A DNA stretch of 64,000 nt from NCBI GenBank assembly GCA_963662465.1, contig OY759599.1, forward strand, positions 2,432,001-2,496,000, read 5' to 3'. The position numbers were made by a program, and so were the translations under genes. This DNA comes from Desulfatiglandales bacterium. Lineage in GTDB: Bacteria; Desulfobacterota; DSM-4660; Desulfatiglandales; Desulfatiglandaceae. Shown here piece by piece: positions 9,180 through 21,051 of this stretch. Numbering within the stretch: position 1 is the stretch's first letter; the number at the start of each line of letters is the position of its first letter. Below the pieces are notes generated by a model that did not search any database, had not been told where the DNA came from, and saw nothing but the letters and a program-made list of their open reading frames with translations.

Positions 9180-9899
9180 ATGAAAACACATCATAAATTT
9201 TACCACATTCCAACCCGAAGTGTTCTAAGAAAAATCCTCCTTCTTTTGACCCTGTCAATATTTGCTTGCCCGACAGGATGTTTTTCTTCGCCAAAAGAGT
9301 CAACGTTATTGATTCGACAATTGAACCCGCATGAAAACAAAGAAAACGCAGTTGATTTGAATTCACTTCTCATGGAAGTAAATGGCTTGGTTCAAACCCA
9401 TGATTATGAAAGGGCCAAGATTTTATTGTCGGAGGCTCATGCAAAAACACAGGCGGGTCCCGACAGGGTCATCATCATCAGGGCAATGGATCAGATTAAG
9501 GCCGAAGAAAAAACATTTTACATGCCTGAACAGATCAACATTGCAAATATTGAAAAAGATGTAAAAGGTTTGATCGAAGAAGAAAAATTCGAAGAGGCCA
9601 TCGCCCGGCTTGAAACAATTCAAAACCCATCACCTGAAAACTCCCGCGACACCGTCGGAGAATTAAAACAGAAAGCCATAAACAGCCTGATCAACCGGGA
9701 AAGAAATCGTGCGGCGGAGATTTTCTTGAAAGCCAAAAGAACCAATGATCCTTCTCGGAAACAAGAGATGCTTTATGCTTCCCGTGAAATCCTGACCACG
9801 CTTATCCTGAACTATCCGAATTCGTCCTTGATTCATACCCTGGAAAGGAACCTTGACGTTGTTGAGCAAACCTTGGGAAAAGTCCAAGAGGCGCAGTGA
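9180..9899 (+). CDS. Hypothetical alpha-helical (TPR-like) lipoprotein
   Basis: Leader ending ACPTGC; helical repeats (DYERAKILL, KFEEAIARL). ATG at 9180 chosen. Confidence 0.65.
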   Translation: MKTHHKFYHIPTRSVLRKILLLLTLSIFACPTGCFSSPKESTLLIRQLNPHENKENAVDLNSLLMEVNGLVQTHDYERAKILLSEAHAKTQAGPDRVIIIRAMDQIKAEEKTFYMPEQINIANIEKDVKGLIEEEKFEEAIARLETIQNPSPENSRDTVGELKQKAINSLINRERNRAAEIFLKAKRTNDPSRKQEMLYASREILTTLILNYPNSSLIHTLERNLDVVEQTLGKVQEAQ

Positions 9900-9953
9900 A
9901 GGGTCGTCGGCAAAATGACCTCAATTTGATAGTCTGTTTTGCGGAAAACCTCG

Positions 9954-10823
9954 TCACGGCTTAGGATTAAACAGCGCAAGCTGCGTCTCCAAATCCCATC
10001 GGGCCTCATTGGACAAATGGTTTTTCCGTTTAAACGCCACCAAAGCATTACGAGAACGCGTTTTCCATATGCCGTCAACCTTCCAGGTATAGAAACCGAG
10101 ACGCGACAATTGCGCCTGTACAATTTTTGCGGCCAGGGGATTAGAGAGTTTTAGCAGGACCGACCCACTCGAAATCGGATTGATCTTCCCCTTTGATGAA
10201 GCTGCTGAGGCAGCATCTTGATTTTCGTTAATATCGGAAACTTCCACTGACTGCATTGCGGTGACAACATCCGTTTTTTTTCCTGCCAGCCTTTTTAAGG
10301 TATCATCCATGCGGATCGTAAAATCATAGGAAGAGATGAGAGTGTTATCGAGAATGCTGACGAGCCTGACAGACACGAATGCACAGTTATCATCCAGGGA
10401 ATAAGTTCCCACAATGATTGCCTGGGCGTCATAGCAACCATCGAGCCTGGCGGTTTCCCTTGATAGAACGAACTCTCCCTTTTTTTCTTGAATGATCAAA
10501 CTTCCCTTTCCCAGTCTGAGTTCAACCACCCTGTAGCCATGTTGTGAGAACCTTGACGCAACCCTCACGCCCATAAGTCTACCGAATGCAGAGGTTTCCT
10601 TCAAATCATCCAGATTAACAAAGCTGGTGGATAGTATGGGTAAAGTTCTGTCCAAATAAAAAAGGCGGTTTCTTTCCAGCATGTCTCCGGCAACACGAGA
10701 AATGCCGTCTATGTCGGGGGGACAGCAGTATGAAAAGCCGAGCTTTGCGTCACCCACACAAAAAATGAAACATGCAACCAGAATGACAATCCGACAATCA
10801 AAATAGTCATATCGATATCTCAT
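9954..10823 (-). CDS. FlgO-family protein fused to a C-terminal peptidoglycan-binding-like domain
   Basis: TSFVNLDDL..TSAFGR..GEFVLSRE..AQAIIVGTY, then VQAQLSRLGFY..VDGIW..SRNALVAFKRKNHL. ATG at 10823 follows a GAGGAGG RBS. Confidence 0.8.
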   Translation of the reverse strand: MRYRYDYFDCRIVILVACFIFCVGDAKLGFSYCCPPDIDGISRVAGDMLERNRLFYLDRTLPILSTSFVNLDDLKETSAFGRLMGVRVASRFSQHGYRVVELRLGKGSLIIQEKKGEFVLSRETARLDGCYDAQAIIVGTYSLDDNCAFVSVRLVSILDNTLISSYDFTIRMDDTLKRLAGKKTDVVTAMQSVEVSDINENQDAASAASSKGKINPISSGSVLLKLSNPLAAKIVQAQLSRLGFYTWKVDGIWKTRSRNALVAFKRKNHLSNEARWDLETQLALFNPKP

Positions 10824-10833
10824 CTTAACCTCC

Positions 10834-11547
10834 TCATTTATCGACCAGTGTGTATCTGGCAACGGCAGGCTCCTGAACTTCCGCCTTCTGAGCGTAATGC
10901 CACCATTCAGGATCATTGATGTAATAGACCGAAGAATGCCTCATTACGTAAACGCCTTTGAACGTCAGCGACAACGTCACCATGACCTCCTTTTCCGGCA
11001 GCTCAATCGTGTACTCTCCCGCCTCCACATTCAATTCAGCTGAATTTACAAGAGACTGTGCTTTACGGCTTTGGTTTTCTAACCCGGATAGAGGTATATC
11101 GCGATGCACAAAGAATCCCGGGGCTAATGATTCGTAAACGCCTGCTTTCGTTCGGATAATCCTCCGCTTGTGAGTAACAACCTGTGTATCAAAGGAAAGC
11201 ACCAATGGGTCTTTGTAATTGTTGGATACAGGCAGTCCCCTTTCAACCAACCGCGTAATAAGCAGTTCGTGAAAACCCTTGTCAAAGGGCGTTATGCCGG
11301 CGGAAGCGATATATAAGGGGAATTGATTCTCAGAAAAACTTTCCATCAATTTAAGATAGACAATGCTTGCAACATCTTCCGCGAGAACGCTCCAATGATG
11401 AACAGCCTGCATCTTCTGTTGCGTACTCAGGCAATAGGCGTTCGGCACAGGCGCCTGCGACGTAATGGACGTCTGCATGGGATGACACCCTTGAGCCAAT
11501 ATTAAGATGGCGACTCCTAAGACCAATACCTGCATCCTTATGAACAT
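10834..11547 (-). CDS. Conserved hypothetical lipoprotein, apparently co-transcribed with the second flgO
   Basis: Lipobox AQGC; QQKMQAVHHW motif; GGAGG RBS before ATG 11547. Confidence 0.75.
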   Translation of the reverse strand: MFIRMQVLVLGVAILILAQGCHPMQTSITSQAPVPNAYCLSTQQKMQAVHHWSVLAEDVASIVYLKLMESFSENQFPLYIASAGITPFDKGFHELLITRLVERGLPVSNNYKDPLVLSFDTQVVTHKRRIIRTKAGVYESLAPGFFVHRDIPLSGLENQSRKAQSLVNSAELNVEAGEYTIELPEKEVMVTLSLTFKGVYVMRHSSVYYINDPEWWHYAQKAEVQEPAVARYTLVDK

Positions 11548-11687
11548 TATGACATCCTCCCTCACCGCAATGCTTTCCGAAAACCGATAATTCCCATACG
11601 CACCCCTTATTTATCATATCAGCAGGCGGGCCCGATTACTTTAGATGTTTTTTTCCAAAGCGAGAATTTCCGAGCTTCCCGCGATAG

Positions 11688-11716
11688 TTGACACGACAAC
11701 GGTCAGGCGATAGAAT
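11688..11716 (+). promoter_or_regulatory. sigma-70 promoter
   Basis: TTGACA-17 nt-TAGAAT, ~50 bp upstream of CDS 11768. Confidence 0.7.
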
Positions 11717-11767
11717 CGTGTTCAAAAGCATTAACTTTAAGAAATCCCTTATCATTAAACAGGAGGA

Positions 11768-12556
11768 ATGATGAAGCGCAACTTCCCCGTACCAGCGTTT
11801 TTTTTATTCATGGCATGTCTTTTTATCTGCACCGGCTGCGAAAAAAAAACCCCCGAGGCAAAAAAAGAAATCCTGATATACTGCGGCATTACCATGATAA
11901 AACCCATCTCGGAGATCGCGAAAATAATTGAAGGACAAGAGGATTGCAAAATCATCATCACCAAGGGCGGCTCCGGAAATTTGCTGAAGTCCATTAAAAT
12001 CAACAAGGTTGGGGACCTTTATCTGCCGGGGTCCGATTCATACATTAAAACATGCCTGAAAGAGGGTCTAGTTTCCGAAACAGCCCATGTGGGATACAAT
12101 AAAGCCGCCATGATGGTTCAAAAAGGGAATCCGAAAAACATCCGCCCGGATCTGGTCAGCCTTGAGAATAGCCACTACTATGTCGTGATCGGAAATCCCG
12201 ACAGCGGCAGCATCGGAAAAGAAACCAAAAAAATTCTCAATAAAAGAGGCATTTTCAATGAAGTGTTGAACAATGCCCTGAAATTGACAACCGACTCAAA
12301 AGACCTCATTGTCGTTATCAAAAACCAGGAGGCCGATCTGGTGGTGAACTGGTATGCCACAGCAACCTGGGCGGAAAATAAACCTTTCATTGACATCCTG
12401 CCCATCGATGAAAAGTTCGCCGAAAAGAAAAAACTCATTATGGGGTTGCTGGCGACTTCACGATACCCTGAAATAGCAAAAAAAATAATGGCATATGCCT
12501 CGTCCCCAAAGGGACGTGAAATTTTCAACAAATATGGCCTCTACGATGTTCAGTGA
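11768..12556 (+). CDS. ModA-like oxyanion solute-binding lipoprotein
   Basis: Lipobox [38 protein letters not shown] and GREIFNKYG motifs; AGGAGG RBS. Confidence 0.85.
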   Translation: MMKRNFPVPAFFLFMACLFICTGCEKKTPEAKKEILIYCGITMIKPISEIAKIIEGQEDCKIIITKGGSGNLLKSIKINKVGDLYLPGSDSYIKTCLKEGLVSETAHVGYNKAAMMVQKGNPKNIRPDLVSLENSHYYVVIGNPDSGSIGKETKKILNKRGIFNEVLNNALKLTTDSKDLIVVIKNQEADLVVNWYATATWAENKPFIDILPIDEKFAEKKKLIMGLLATSRYPEIAKKIMAYASSPKGREIFNKYGLYDVQ

Positions 12557-15500
12557 TCATGGTTCAATCACAACGCTCCTGAAGGAACCGATCAGGCGAA
12601 AACTCATCGTCATGATAATTGTATTTTTTTCGGCCCTGGCTGTGCTGATCGGGGCCGATGACTTTATGCAACGGTCAAATCGAAACTATGGCCTGGCCCA
12701 TGAAAACCAAAGCGCCAGGCGTCGGCTGGGTCGCGTGATTCTCAACAGACTCATGCGCATCGAACTCGACATGAAAGACATAACCTCCGCCAAGGACGAA
12801 AGAGCGGTTGAAATTAGTGAAAGGAACATTTTCAAGTCTATTCAAGACATCCGGGCCGTTCTGGACGTCCTGCAAACCGGCGGCGTCTTTGAGAATCTCT
12901 TGCCGGCCAATTTTAACGACGTGGATCTCATCCGGGAACGCATCTCATTTTCAATCCCCCCCGAATCAGGCTACGTTGTCGAAGTGATTGACTTGACACC
13001 CAAAATTATTGATATCGAACAAATTTCATCCCAACTTTCTCTTGCAGTGGGCAAAAAACTATCGGAACCCGGTCGTTATGACCGTACCGCCATGAACCAG
13101 CAGATTATGCTCCTGGAAAAACAGGCGGAAACGTTTCTGTTTCGATCCAGGGAAAGCGTAAACAAAATCTATTATGAAACCCACAAGGAAATTGAACGTC
13201 TTGAACAAAAAAAAGAGGCCACCTACCAGTGGTTTATTTTAATTCGATACGGTATTGCCGGCATCATCGCTTGCCTCTGCATCATCATGGGAATGCGCAC
13301 CATCAGCCAAATCGGGGCTATTCTGAGAGAAAGGGAAGAGGCAGCTTCGGACCTGCAAAGAACACATGAAAGCATGGCGCTGATCCTGGATGCACTCCCC
13401 GTCGGCGTTGTCACGGTGGGAGGAGATCATAGGGTTCTCAGCATCAACAAAGCGGGCGTCAACCTGCTGGAATCAGTATCCCCGGATGAGGTATTGGGAA
13501 AAAATTGTTCGGATCTTTTCTGCAAAGCCCAAAACACGGCGTGCCCCCTGACCAACAAAGGGGCGATTTCACATGAAATGGAAATTGAACTTCAGACCAT
13601 CACCGGCAAGAAACTGCCGGTGATCAAAAACGCCATCTCACTCCGATTGAAGGACGAACCCATCATCCTTGAAGCCTTCATGGACATTTCCCCACGTATT
13701 CAAGCCGAAAAAGAGCTGTTTGAAAAACAGCAATTCATCGATAATGTCATCAATTCAGCCCCCGTAGGAATCGTCGTAATTGATGCCGAAACCCACACCA
13801 TCATTGATATGAACCAGACCGCCCTAAAAATGATCGGCCATTCAAGAGAAAGGGCTGTCGGCGCCATCTGTCACCGATTCCTGTGTCCCAATGAGATCGG
13901 ACACTGCCCCATAACGGACAAGAATGAGACCGTGGATCATTCTGAAAGGATATTGCTGGATGCCGGCGGCAATACACTGAACATTTTGAAGAGCGTTGTG
14001 GGCACTACCGTTCAGGGACGGGCATGTTTGGTGGAAAGTTTTGTGGATATTACCGACCGCAAAAAAACGGAAAGGGAGCTGCTGCTGGCCAAGGAAAATA
14101 CCGAAGCCGCTAATTTGGCCCTGGCTCGGGCAAACAAGGAACTTGAAAAATCCATTCTCACAACCAGGGAGATGGCCCGGCAAGCTGAAAAAGCCAATTC
14201 AGCCAAAAGTGAATTCCTGGCCAACATGAGTCATGAAATTCGTACGCCCCTCAATGGCGTGGTCGGCATGCTGAACCTCCTCGAAGAAAGCAATCTGCCG
14301 GTAGAACCAAGGGAATACGTGGAAATGGCCTCAACTTCAGCGGAATCGCTGTTGCACGTCATTAACGATATCCTCGATATTTCCAAGATTGAAGCCGGCA
14401 GGCTTGACATCGAAGCAAGACCCTTTGATTTGCAGGAAGAAGTCTCCCGGTTAATGGCGGTGTTCGCCAAAAAAACTGAAAACCGGGATCTGGAACTGAT
14501 TACCAGGTTTGATGCCAAAGCCCCCCGTTTTGTGGTCGGCGATTGCACCAGAATCCGTCAAGTGCTCTTCAATCTTGTGGGCAATGCCTTAAAATTTACC
14601 CAGGAAGGATATGTCTGGCTCGACGTTCATTGCCAACAATCCGATGGAACATCCGTGACATTGGAAATCAGCGTCACGGATACGGGGATCGGCATACCAA
14701 AGGATAAAATTGATATGATCTTCGACCATTTCAGTCAGGCCGATGCGTCTACGACGCGAAAATTCGGCGGCACGGGGCTGGGGCTTGCCATTTGCAGGCA
14801 GTTGGTAAAGTTAATGGGCGGAGAGCTGAAAGCAACCAGTATCCCAGGTGAAAAAACAAGGTTCTATTTTACCCTGGATTTGCCCATTGATAAAGAGATT
14901 CATCCTGAAGTCGCCCATGCCCGGGAATTGAATATGGGGCGCCTCCTTCTGGTGGACGATAATGATATCAACCTGCGGATTTTCTCGGAATATCTCTCAA
15001 ACTGGAACGTCCGCCATGATATATGTTCCGACCCTTTAACCGTTTTGGATCTTTTGGGTAAAGCCAAACGGACGCATGATCCTTACACCCTTGTTTTAAC
15101 CGATTACCTGATGCCCAAGCTGGACGGCATGGCCCTTTGTCGCGCCATTAAATCCGATCTGAACCTAAAACAAACGCCCGTGATTGTCGCTACATCACAG
15201 GATGGTCCGGGCGAAAAAGAGCGAATCATGTCTGCCGGATTTTCCGCCCATCTGGTCAAACCCGTCAGCCCCAGCGACCTTTTCAATACGCTGCAAGACA
15301 TTCAGGACAAACCGTCCCAATGGGTTCCCCCCCATAACGGGACCACTGTTCAGAAAAAGCGCAAAACCGACCACCTTCAAGAAATCGAAGGGGCGTCCCG
15401 AATGCAGGTACTGCTGGTTGAAGACCATCCCATCAATCAAAAAGCGATTATCCCTATTCTGGGCAAACTCGGCTTTGGAAATGTAGCGATCGCCGATAAC

Positions 15501-16205
15501 GGCCTTATCGCACTCGACATGATCAACAATGTCAATTTTGATCTTGTCCTGATGGACATCCAGATGCCCTTCATGGACGGATACGAAACCACACGGGCAA
15601 TACGAAAACTCAAAAAAAAATCCGCCGACGTTCCCATTATCGCCATGACCGCCAATGCCATTGAGGGAGACCGGGAAAGATGCCTTGCCGCGGGCATGAA
15701 TGATTATCTGAGCAAGCCGATCCAGAAAAAAGCCCTTTTAACCGCACTGAAGCATTGGATAAAAAACCCGGAGAGAATCCTGCCAAATCGGAATACGAAA
15801 AACGAACCTTCGGGCGACGGGGATAAGACATCGGAATTGTTCATTTTCAACGCCGATGAAGCCATTGAAAGATACGACGGCGATCTCGAAGTTCTCAAAA
15901 TGATCATCCAAAGCTTTATTGAGGAAACGCCCGGGTCCATTGAAGCAATATCAGCTGCCCTGAATTCCGGAGACGGGGTTGCCGCCGGCGCAAAGTCCCA
16001 TGCCCTGAAGGGAGGCGCCTCCTACATCGGCGCCCAACGGATTCAGGCCATGGCCATGGACATGGAAACCGCCGGAAAAACCGGCGACTTGGCCGCCGCA
16101 GGCCAACTCTTGCTGAAACTGAAAACCGAATTTGAACGCTTCAGAAATAAAATAGCATCATTTCAATGGGAAAATGGAGGAAACCATGAAAGTTCTCGTG
16201 GTTGA
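12546..16205 (+). CDS. Hybrid sensor histidine kinase: TM-periplasmic-TM, 2xPAS, HisKA, HATPase, 2xREC, HPt
   Basis: [37 protein letters not shown], two receiver domains and HPt SHALKG. The start overlaps the upstream stop. Confidence 0.95.
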   Translation: MFSDHGSITTLLKEPIRRKLIVMIIVFFSALAVLIGADDFMQRSNRNYGLAHENQSARRRLGRVILNRLMRIELDMKDITSAKDERAVEISERNIFKSIQDIRAVLDVLQTGGVFENLLPANFNDVDLIRERISFSIPPESGYVVEVIDLTPKIIDIEQISSQLSLAVGKKLSEPGRYDRTAMNQQIMLLEKQAETFLFRSRESVNKIYYETHKEIERLEQKKEATYQWFILIRYGIAGIIACLCIIMGMRTISQIGAILREREEAASDLQRTHESMALILDALPVGVVTVGGDHRVLSINKAGVNLLESVSPDEVLGKNCSDLFCKAQNTACPLTNKGAISHEMEIELQTITGKKLPVIKNAISLRLKDEPIILEAFMDISPRIQAEKELFEKQQFIDNVINSAPVGIVVIDAETHTIIDMNQTALKMIGHSRERAVGAICHRFLCPNEIGHCPITDKNETVDHSERILLDAGGNTLNILKSVVGTTVQGRACLVESFVDITDRKKTERELLLAKENTEAANLALARANKELEKSILTTREMARQAEKANSAKSEFLANMSHEIRTPLNGVVGMLNLLEESNLPVEPREYVEMASTSAESLLHVINDILDISKIEAGRLDIEARPFDLQEEVSRLMAVFAKKTENRDLELITRFDAKAPRFVVGDCTRIRQVLFNLVGNALKFTQEGYVWLDVHCQQSDGTSVTLEISVTDTGIGIPKDKIDMIFDHFSQADASTTRKFGGTGLGLAICRQLVKLMGGELKATSIPGEKTRFYFTLDLPIDKEIHPEVAHARELNMGRLLLVDDNDINLRIFSEYLSNWNVRHDICSDPLTVLDLLGKAKRTHDPYTLVLTDYLMPKLDGMALCRAIKSDLNLKQTPVIVATSQDGPGEKERIMSAGFSAHLVKPVSPSDLFNTLQDIQDKPSQWVPPHNGTTVQKKRKTDHLQEIEGASRMQVLLVEDHPINQKAIIPILGKLGFGNVAIADNGLIALDMINNVNFDLVLMDIQMPFMDGYETTRAIRKLKKKSADVPIIAMTANAIEGDRERCLAAGMNDYLSKPIQKKALLTALKHWIKNPERILPNRNTKNEPSGDGDKTSELFIFNADEAIERYDGDLEVLKMIIQSFIEETPGSIEAISAALNSGDGVAAGAKSHALKGGASYIGAQRIQAMAMDMETAGKTGDLAAAGQLLLKLKTEFERFRNKIASFQWENGGNHESSRG

Positions 16206-17196
16206 CGATGAACATGTAAGCCTGACCACCTTGAAGATATTTGTAACCAAACTGGGATATAACGTTTTGTCGGCATCGGATGGAAAAGAAGCCTACAAGC
16301 TATGGCGGGAAGAAAGTCCGGAGATTGTCATCACCGATTGGGAAATGCCTGAAATGAGCGGCATCGAACTTTGTTCTAAAATTCGGAACGAGATAGGAGA
16401 AACCTATACCTACATCATCGTCGTAACCGGTCGGGACAATACAAAGGATGTGGTCAAAGGGATGGAAGCCGGTGCAGACGATTACATCACAAAACCTTTC
16501 AATAAGGATGAGCTCAATGTTCGCATCAGAGCCGGAGAACGGATACTGCGCCTCCAAACCAAGGATATCGTCATCTGCTCCCTGGCAAAGCTGGCGGAAT
16601 CCCGGGATGAGGATACAGGCCAGCACCTGGACCGGGTTCGCTATTATTCAAAGGCACTGGCGGACGCCCTGTACCACGGTGTCAACCGACCGGCAGAGCT
16701 TAATCCGCAACTGATCGACAGCATCTTCATGACCGCCCCGCTCCACGACATCGGCAAAGTGGGCATCCCTGACTACATCCTTCTAAAACCGGGGCTATTA
16801 AACGATAAAGAGTTTAATATAATGAAATCACATACACTGATCGGCGCCAACACCCTTATGGATACCTATAAAAAAGCGCCACAGGCAAAATACCTGAAGG
16901 TTGCCGCTGAAATTGCGCGGCATCACCATGAAAAATACGACGGCAGCGGTTATCCAGACGGGCTCAAGGGAGATAACATTGATTTGTCCTGCCGAATTTT
17001 CGCACTGGTCGATGTCTATGATGCCCTCGTGAGCAAGAGACCTTATAAAGAACCTTTTGCCCATGATCGAGCCAAATCAATCATTATCGATGGAAAGGGG
17101 ACCCATTTTGATCCAATGGTTGTTGAAGCCTTTCTCTCATGCGAAGACCGGTTTCAAGAAATTCACGAACGATATGGGGACCACGAGATAGAATAG
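16186..17196 (+). CDS. REC + HD-GYP response regulator phosphodiesterase (RpfG-like)
   Basis: [44 protein letters not shown] and RPYK. Confidence 0.95.
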   Translation: MKVLVVDDEHVSLTTLKIFVTKLGYNVLSASDGKEAYKLWREESPEIVITDWEMPEMSGIELCSKIRNEIGETYTYIIVVTGRDNTKDVVKGMEAGADDYITKPFNKDELNVRIRAGERILRLQTKDIVICSLAKLAESRDEDTGQHLDRVRYYSKALADALYHGVNRPAELNPQLIDSIFMTAPLHDIGKVGIPDYILLKPGLLNDKEFNIMKSHTLIGANTLMDTYKKAPQAKYLKVAAEIARHHHEKYDGSGYPDGLKGDNIDLSCRIFALVDVYDALVSKRPYKEPFAHDRAKSIIIDGKGTHFDPMVVEAFLSCEDRFQEIHERYGDHEIE

Positions 17197-17235
17197 CCCG
17201 AATGCCGAGACGACAAACCGCGGTTTTTCCGTCAA

Positions 17236-18297
17236 TCAGCTCCCATTACACCCGCGGGGGCTATCCGCAAACACCTGCCCCCCGCCCGACCTGTCCGCAA
17301 TCTGCTTACGCCCGGCCGCCTTGGCCCGATAGAGCGACGCATCAGCCCGCTCCAGCCATTGCTCCAACGTTAACGCCTTTTCCCACCGGGCAAGACCGAT
17401 ACTGATGCCCAGCCTTTCTCCATGAGCCGATTTCACATCCAGGTCACTGACGGCCTTCCGCAGTCTCACAGCGAGTTTTCGTGCGTCCTGTAAGGTTGTA
17501 TCGGGCAAAACCAGCATAAATTCGTCTCCGCCCATGCGAACCAGAAGGTCGCACCCCCTGATCAACAACCCGAGTGTCCCGGCCACACGCCGCAATACGG
17601 CATCCCCTTCCGCATGGCCCAGGGTATCGTTAATCTGTTTGAAACCATCCAGATCCATACTAGCCAGGCTCAAGGGATACCCATGCCGAAGCGCACTATC
17701 CATCAGAGGGTGGATACGATCTTCAAACACCCTGCGATTGGACAAACCGGTCAAGGCATCCTTCCTTGCCTGGTCAAATAAATCCTCGTAGTCCAGGGCA
17801 CGTCGCAAAGGCTCGTGAAGCACCGACAGCGCCTCATCCATCAACTGTGCTTCACCGGGATCAATCTTTTCCTTTTGGTGCAAGAGAAGCAGGTTGCCAC
17901 TGCCGCCCGGCCCAGCCAATGGCCACAGGCTGATCTGATAATCACGATCCTCCCGAAATTTTTCGTGGTTTTCATGCGACAGGGAAGAAAAAACACTTTT
18001 GGCCAGCGCCGTCACGGCATTTCGTTTCGGGCCGTGGCAGGAACAAAACAAGTGGCTTCGCCCCCGGGCGGGGTTGTCGTAGGCCAGCAGGTTGTGCTCA
18101 AACAGGGGCATAAGCCAAACGGAAAATGCTTCAATCATGCTTGGCACATCAATGGCGCTTGCCAGACGCCCGTGCAATTGGTTGATCAGCGCCAGACGTT
18201 CCGAACGACGAATGTAATGATCCAATTTCACCACCAGAGTGTCCAAGTCGCGGTTTTGCGGTTTATCATGGCTGCGGGCAAGCGCTAAGTTCACCAA
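17236..18297 (-). CDS. Diguanylate cyclase (GGDEF) with an N-terminal GAF-like region
   Basis: DALTGLSNRR, DLDGFKQINDTLGH, RGCD I-site and RMGGDEF. Confidence 0.93.
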   Translation of the reverse strand: MVNLALARSHDKPQNRDLDTLVVKLDHYIRRSERLALINQLHGRLASAIDVPSMIEAFSVWLMPLFEHNLLAYDNPARGRSHLFCSCHGPKRNAVTALAKSVFSSLSHENHEKFREDRDYQISLWPLAGPGGSGNLLLLHQKEKIDPGEAQLMDEALSVLHEPLRRALDYEDLFDQARKDALTGLSNRRVFEDRIHPLMDSALRHGYPLSLASMDLDGFKQINDTLGHAEGDAVLRRVAGTLGLLIRGCDLLVRMGGDEFMLVLPDTTLQDARKLAVRLRKAVSDLDVKSAHGERLGISIGLARWEKALTLEQWLERADASLYRAKAAGRKQIADRSGGGQVFADSPRGCNGS

Positions 18298-18337
18298 TTA
18301 AGGCTCCTTTCTTGTAACATGAATTCAATCTCCAATA

Positions 18338-18353
18338 AGCAAATATCATACCA
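18338..18353 (-). promoter_or_regulatory. sigma-54 promoter of the diguanylate cyclase
   Basis: Minus strand reads TGGTATGATATTTGCT (GG-N10-GC); identical 16-mer at 51330-51345. Confidence 0.75.
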
Positions 18354-18714
18354 CATTTTCATAAGGCCATGAAAAAATCATTCAACCACCCGAAAGCAAT
18401 ATAATTTCAAAATTTCTATCAAACGGGGAACGCTCCGCCAAAAAGCCTTGACCGGCAAGGATTACCCATCCCGGGCAACAATTGCCTGACCCGTACATCA
18501 AAAATCGGTCATGGGAAAATTTTCCATCCCAAAACTTATTTTGCGGTAAAACTGCTGAAATCATAAACGACACCGACCTTCCTTGCTGATGTTGACCCTT
18601 TTCCCATACCTGGCGGCTAACCGTCCACTAACAAAATTTCTCTTGCCTTGCAGCATTTCCTGTGCCAAAATTGCATGCATTGGGGAGGCTCTAATACGAA
18701 AAGGCAAAAGAGAT

Positions 18715-20208
18715 ATGGACACTTGTTTTGAAGCAAAAGACGTTAAGGCGCACCTGTTGACGGGAAAGCCGCTGGTTTTCGAACAGGCTTCCCTTTCGGG
18801 AAAATCATTCGATGCGCTGATTTCAATTTTCAAGACGATCCTTCAAAACCTTGGACGAGCAGATCTCTCGGAACCGCTGACATACGTTATCAACGAAATG
18901 GTTACAAACGCCGACAAGGCAAATATCAAAAGGCTCTATTTCAAAGAAAAAGGTCTGAGCATTCATCATCCCGAGGAATATCAAAAAGGGATGAAACTCT
19001 TTTCACAGCTGGACGACACATCTCGCAAAAGTTTGAGAGATAAATTGGCCGACGACGGTTTTTATGCTCGGATTTCGCTTCAGGTGGAAGACCGTACGCT
19101 TGTCATCACCACAGTGAACAACAGCATGCCGAACGATGAAGAACTGGCGCGTATTAATTCACGTATTGCCCTTACGGAAACGTTGAAGGATATTGCGGAT
19201 GCCTATATGTCCATACTGGATGATTCCGAGGGCGCCGGATTTGGCATCGTCACCACCATTCTGATGCTTCGAAGTTTGGGCATTCATGAAAATCCCTATG
19301 GTTTTGTATCGCTTCCCGAGTCAGGCGAATCCTCAGCGGAAGTCAGAATACCCCTGAATGCGCTTTCCGACAGCCACGTTGAAACAATTTCCGAGGAGAT
19401 TGCCAAAGAAATCAAATCGATTCCCAAGCTTCCGGAAAATGTCATTGAAATTCAACGAATGCTGTCGAATCCCAAAAGAACGTTGTCGGATGTGGCCAAT
19501 CTTATCGCCAGAGATCCGGCGCTTACCGCTGAATTATTGAAACTGGTGAATTCCGCGCAGTATATGCTGCCCCTTAAAACAACGCGTATTCAAAAGGCAG
19601 TGGCACTCGTAGGCACTGCCGGGCTTAGAAATCTGATGTATATATACGGCGCTCAAAGGGTTTTTAATAAACGGTATAAAGGTCTTAATAAACTATGGGA
19701 TCATGCCTATCGTTGTGCGTTCTATTCCGCCGAACTGGCCCGGCGGTTCAAATACGCTGAAAGCGCCGATGACGTTTATGTGGAGGGCATACTTCACGAT
19801 ATCGGCAGAATTGTCTTGATGAGCCTGCACGGCGATTTGCTTGACAAAATCTCCCTTCACTGCCGCAACAACGGCATTCCCGGCGATTTCATGGAAACAC
19901 TGACCCTGGGCATCGGGCACGCAAAGACAGGCGCCATAATCGCCCGCAACTGGAATCTCCCGGAAGCCCTGATTTGCACCATTGAACATCATCATCAACC
20001 TTTTTTGGCCCCTGAAACATATCAGCATCATGCGTATGTGGTTCATTTGGCCGATTTGATAGCAACGGGTTATGATCACGGCGGCGCCGAATTCAAAGCA
20101 GTGGGACAGGATGTCGCGACATTCTTTAATATAAAGAACGAAGGGGAATTCGAAGCCCTCTCTCAAACCCTTGCGTCGAAACTGGCGGAAACGGAAATAA
20201 CGAGGTAA
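18715..20208 (+). CDS. HATPase-like N-terminal domain + HDOD protein
   Basis: INEMVTNADKAN and SEGAGFG (N- and G2-box-like), then IPKLP, DPALTAELLKLVNS, LHDIG and HHH. ATG at 18715 chosen. Confidence 0.85.
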   Translation: MDTCFEAKDVKAHLLTGKPLVFEQASLSGKSFDALISIFKTILQNLGRADLSEPLTYVINEMVTNADKANIKRLYFKEKGLSIHHPEEYQKGMKLFSQLDDTSRKSLRDKLADDGFYARISLQVEDRTLVITTVNNSMPNDEELARINSRIALTETLKDIADAYMSILDDSEGAGFGIVTTILMLRSLGIHENPYGFVSLPESGESSAEVRIPLNALSDSHVETISEEIAKEIKSIPKLPENVIEIQRMLSNPKRTLSDVANLIARDPALTAELLKLVNSAQYMLPLKTTRIQKAVALVGTAGLRNLMYIYGAQRVFNKRYKGLNKLWDHAYRCAFYSAELARRFKYAESADDVYVEGILHDIGRIVLMSLHGDLLDKISLHCRNNGIPGDFMETLTLGIGHAKTGAIIARNWNLPEALICTIEHHHQPFLAPETYQHHAYVVHLADLIATGYDHGGAEFKAVGQDVATFFNIKNEGEFEALSQTLASKLAETEITR

Positions 20209-20226
20209 AACGGTTAAAAATACTTT

Positions 20227-21051
20227 ATGGATATCGCAACAATCATAGGCTTGCTGGGTGGAACAGCGCTGGTTATATCTGCTATTGTTCTGGGCGGCAG
20301 CGCAATCATCTTCATAAATGTTCCCAGTGCATTAATCGTTGTCGGCGGAACCCTTGCCGCCTCCTTTATCAAATTCACCATGAATGATGTGATCAATTCC
20401 GTCAAAGTAGCGATCAAGGCATTTACCGTTCAGATCGATCCTCCGGATGAAAGCATCAAAAAAATGGTCTATTTTGCAAAGATTGCCCGAAAGGAAGGGT
20501 TGATCGCCCTTGAAAAGGCGAAGCAGGACATGAAGAAAAGCCAGAAAAGAAAAGGCGCGCAGGACGAATTCATTGCAAAGGCCCTTGACTACCTCTCCAC
20601 GGGGTATGACGAGGAACTGATTGAAAACATGCTCAACAAGGAAATACGCATGACGGCCAAGCGCCATACCATCGGTCAGAACGTTTTTAAAGGCATGGGC
20701 GACTCAGCCCCCGCATTCGGCATGATTGGGACCCTCATCGGGTTGGTCCAGATGCTGGCCAATATGTCGGATCCTGCAAGTATTGGCCCCTCCATGGCAG
20801 TTGCCCTGTTGACCACACTCTACGGCGCCCTGGTCGCCAACCTGGTCTGCCTCCCCCTCGCGGATAAGCTTGCCTTACGAAGCAAAGAAGAGCAGGAATC
20901 CCGGAATATCATTCTTGACGCTGTTATCGGCATCAGCTCGGGACTGGCGCCGATGGCGCTCGAAGAATCCTTGAAGATTTATCTAAAACCCAAAGATCGC
21001 CGCAAAGCAGGGTCTGCGGCGTCCAAGAAAAGCGGTAAAGCTAAAAAATGA
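20227..21051 (+). CDS. motA: Flagellar stator A subunit (MotA/PomA family; PomA-like)
   Basis: MDIATIIG, ARKEGLIALE, APAFGMIGTLIGLVQML and AVALLTTLYG. Confidence 0.95.
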   Translation: MDIATIIGLLGGTALVISAIVLGGSAIIFINVPSALIVVGGTLAASFIKFTMNDVINSVKVAIKAFTVQIDPPDESIKKMVYFAKIARKEGLIALEKAKQDMKKSQKRKGAQDEFIAKALDYLSTGYDEELIENMLNKEIRMTAKRHTIGQNVFKGMGDSAPAFGMIGTLIGLVQMLANMSDPASIGPSMAVALLTTLYGALVANLVCLPLADKLALRSKEEQESRNIILDAVIGISSGLAPMALEESLKIYLKPKDRRKAGSAASKKSGKAKK

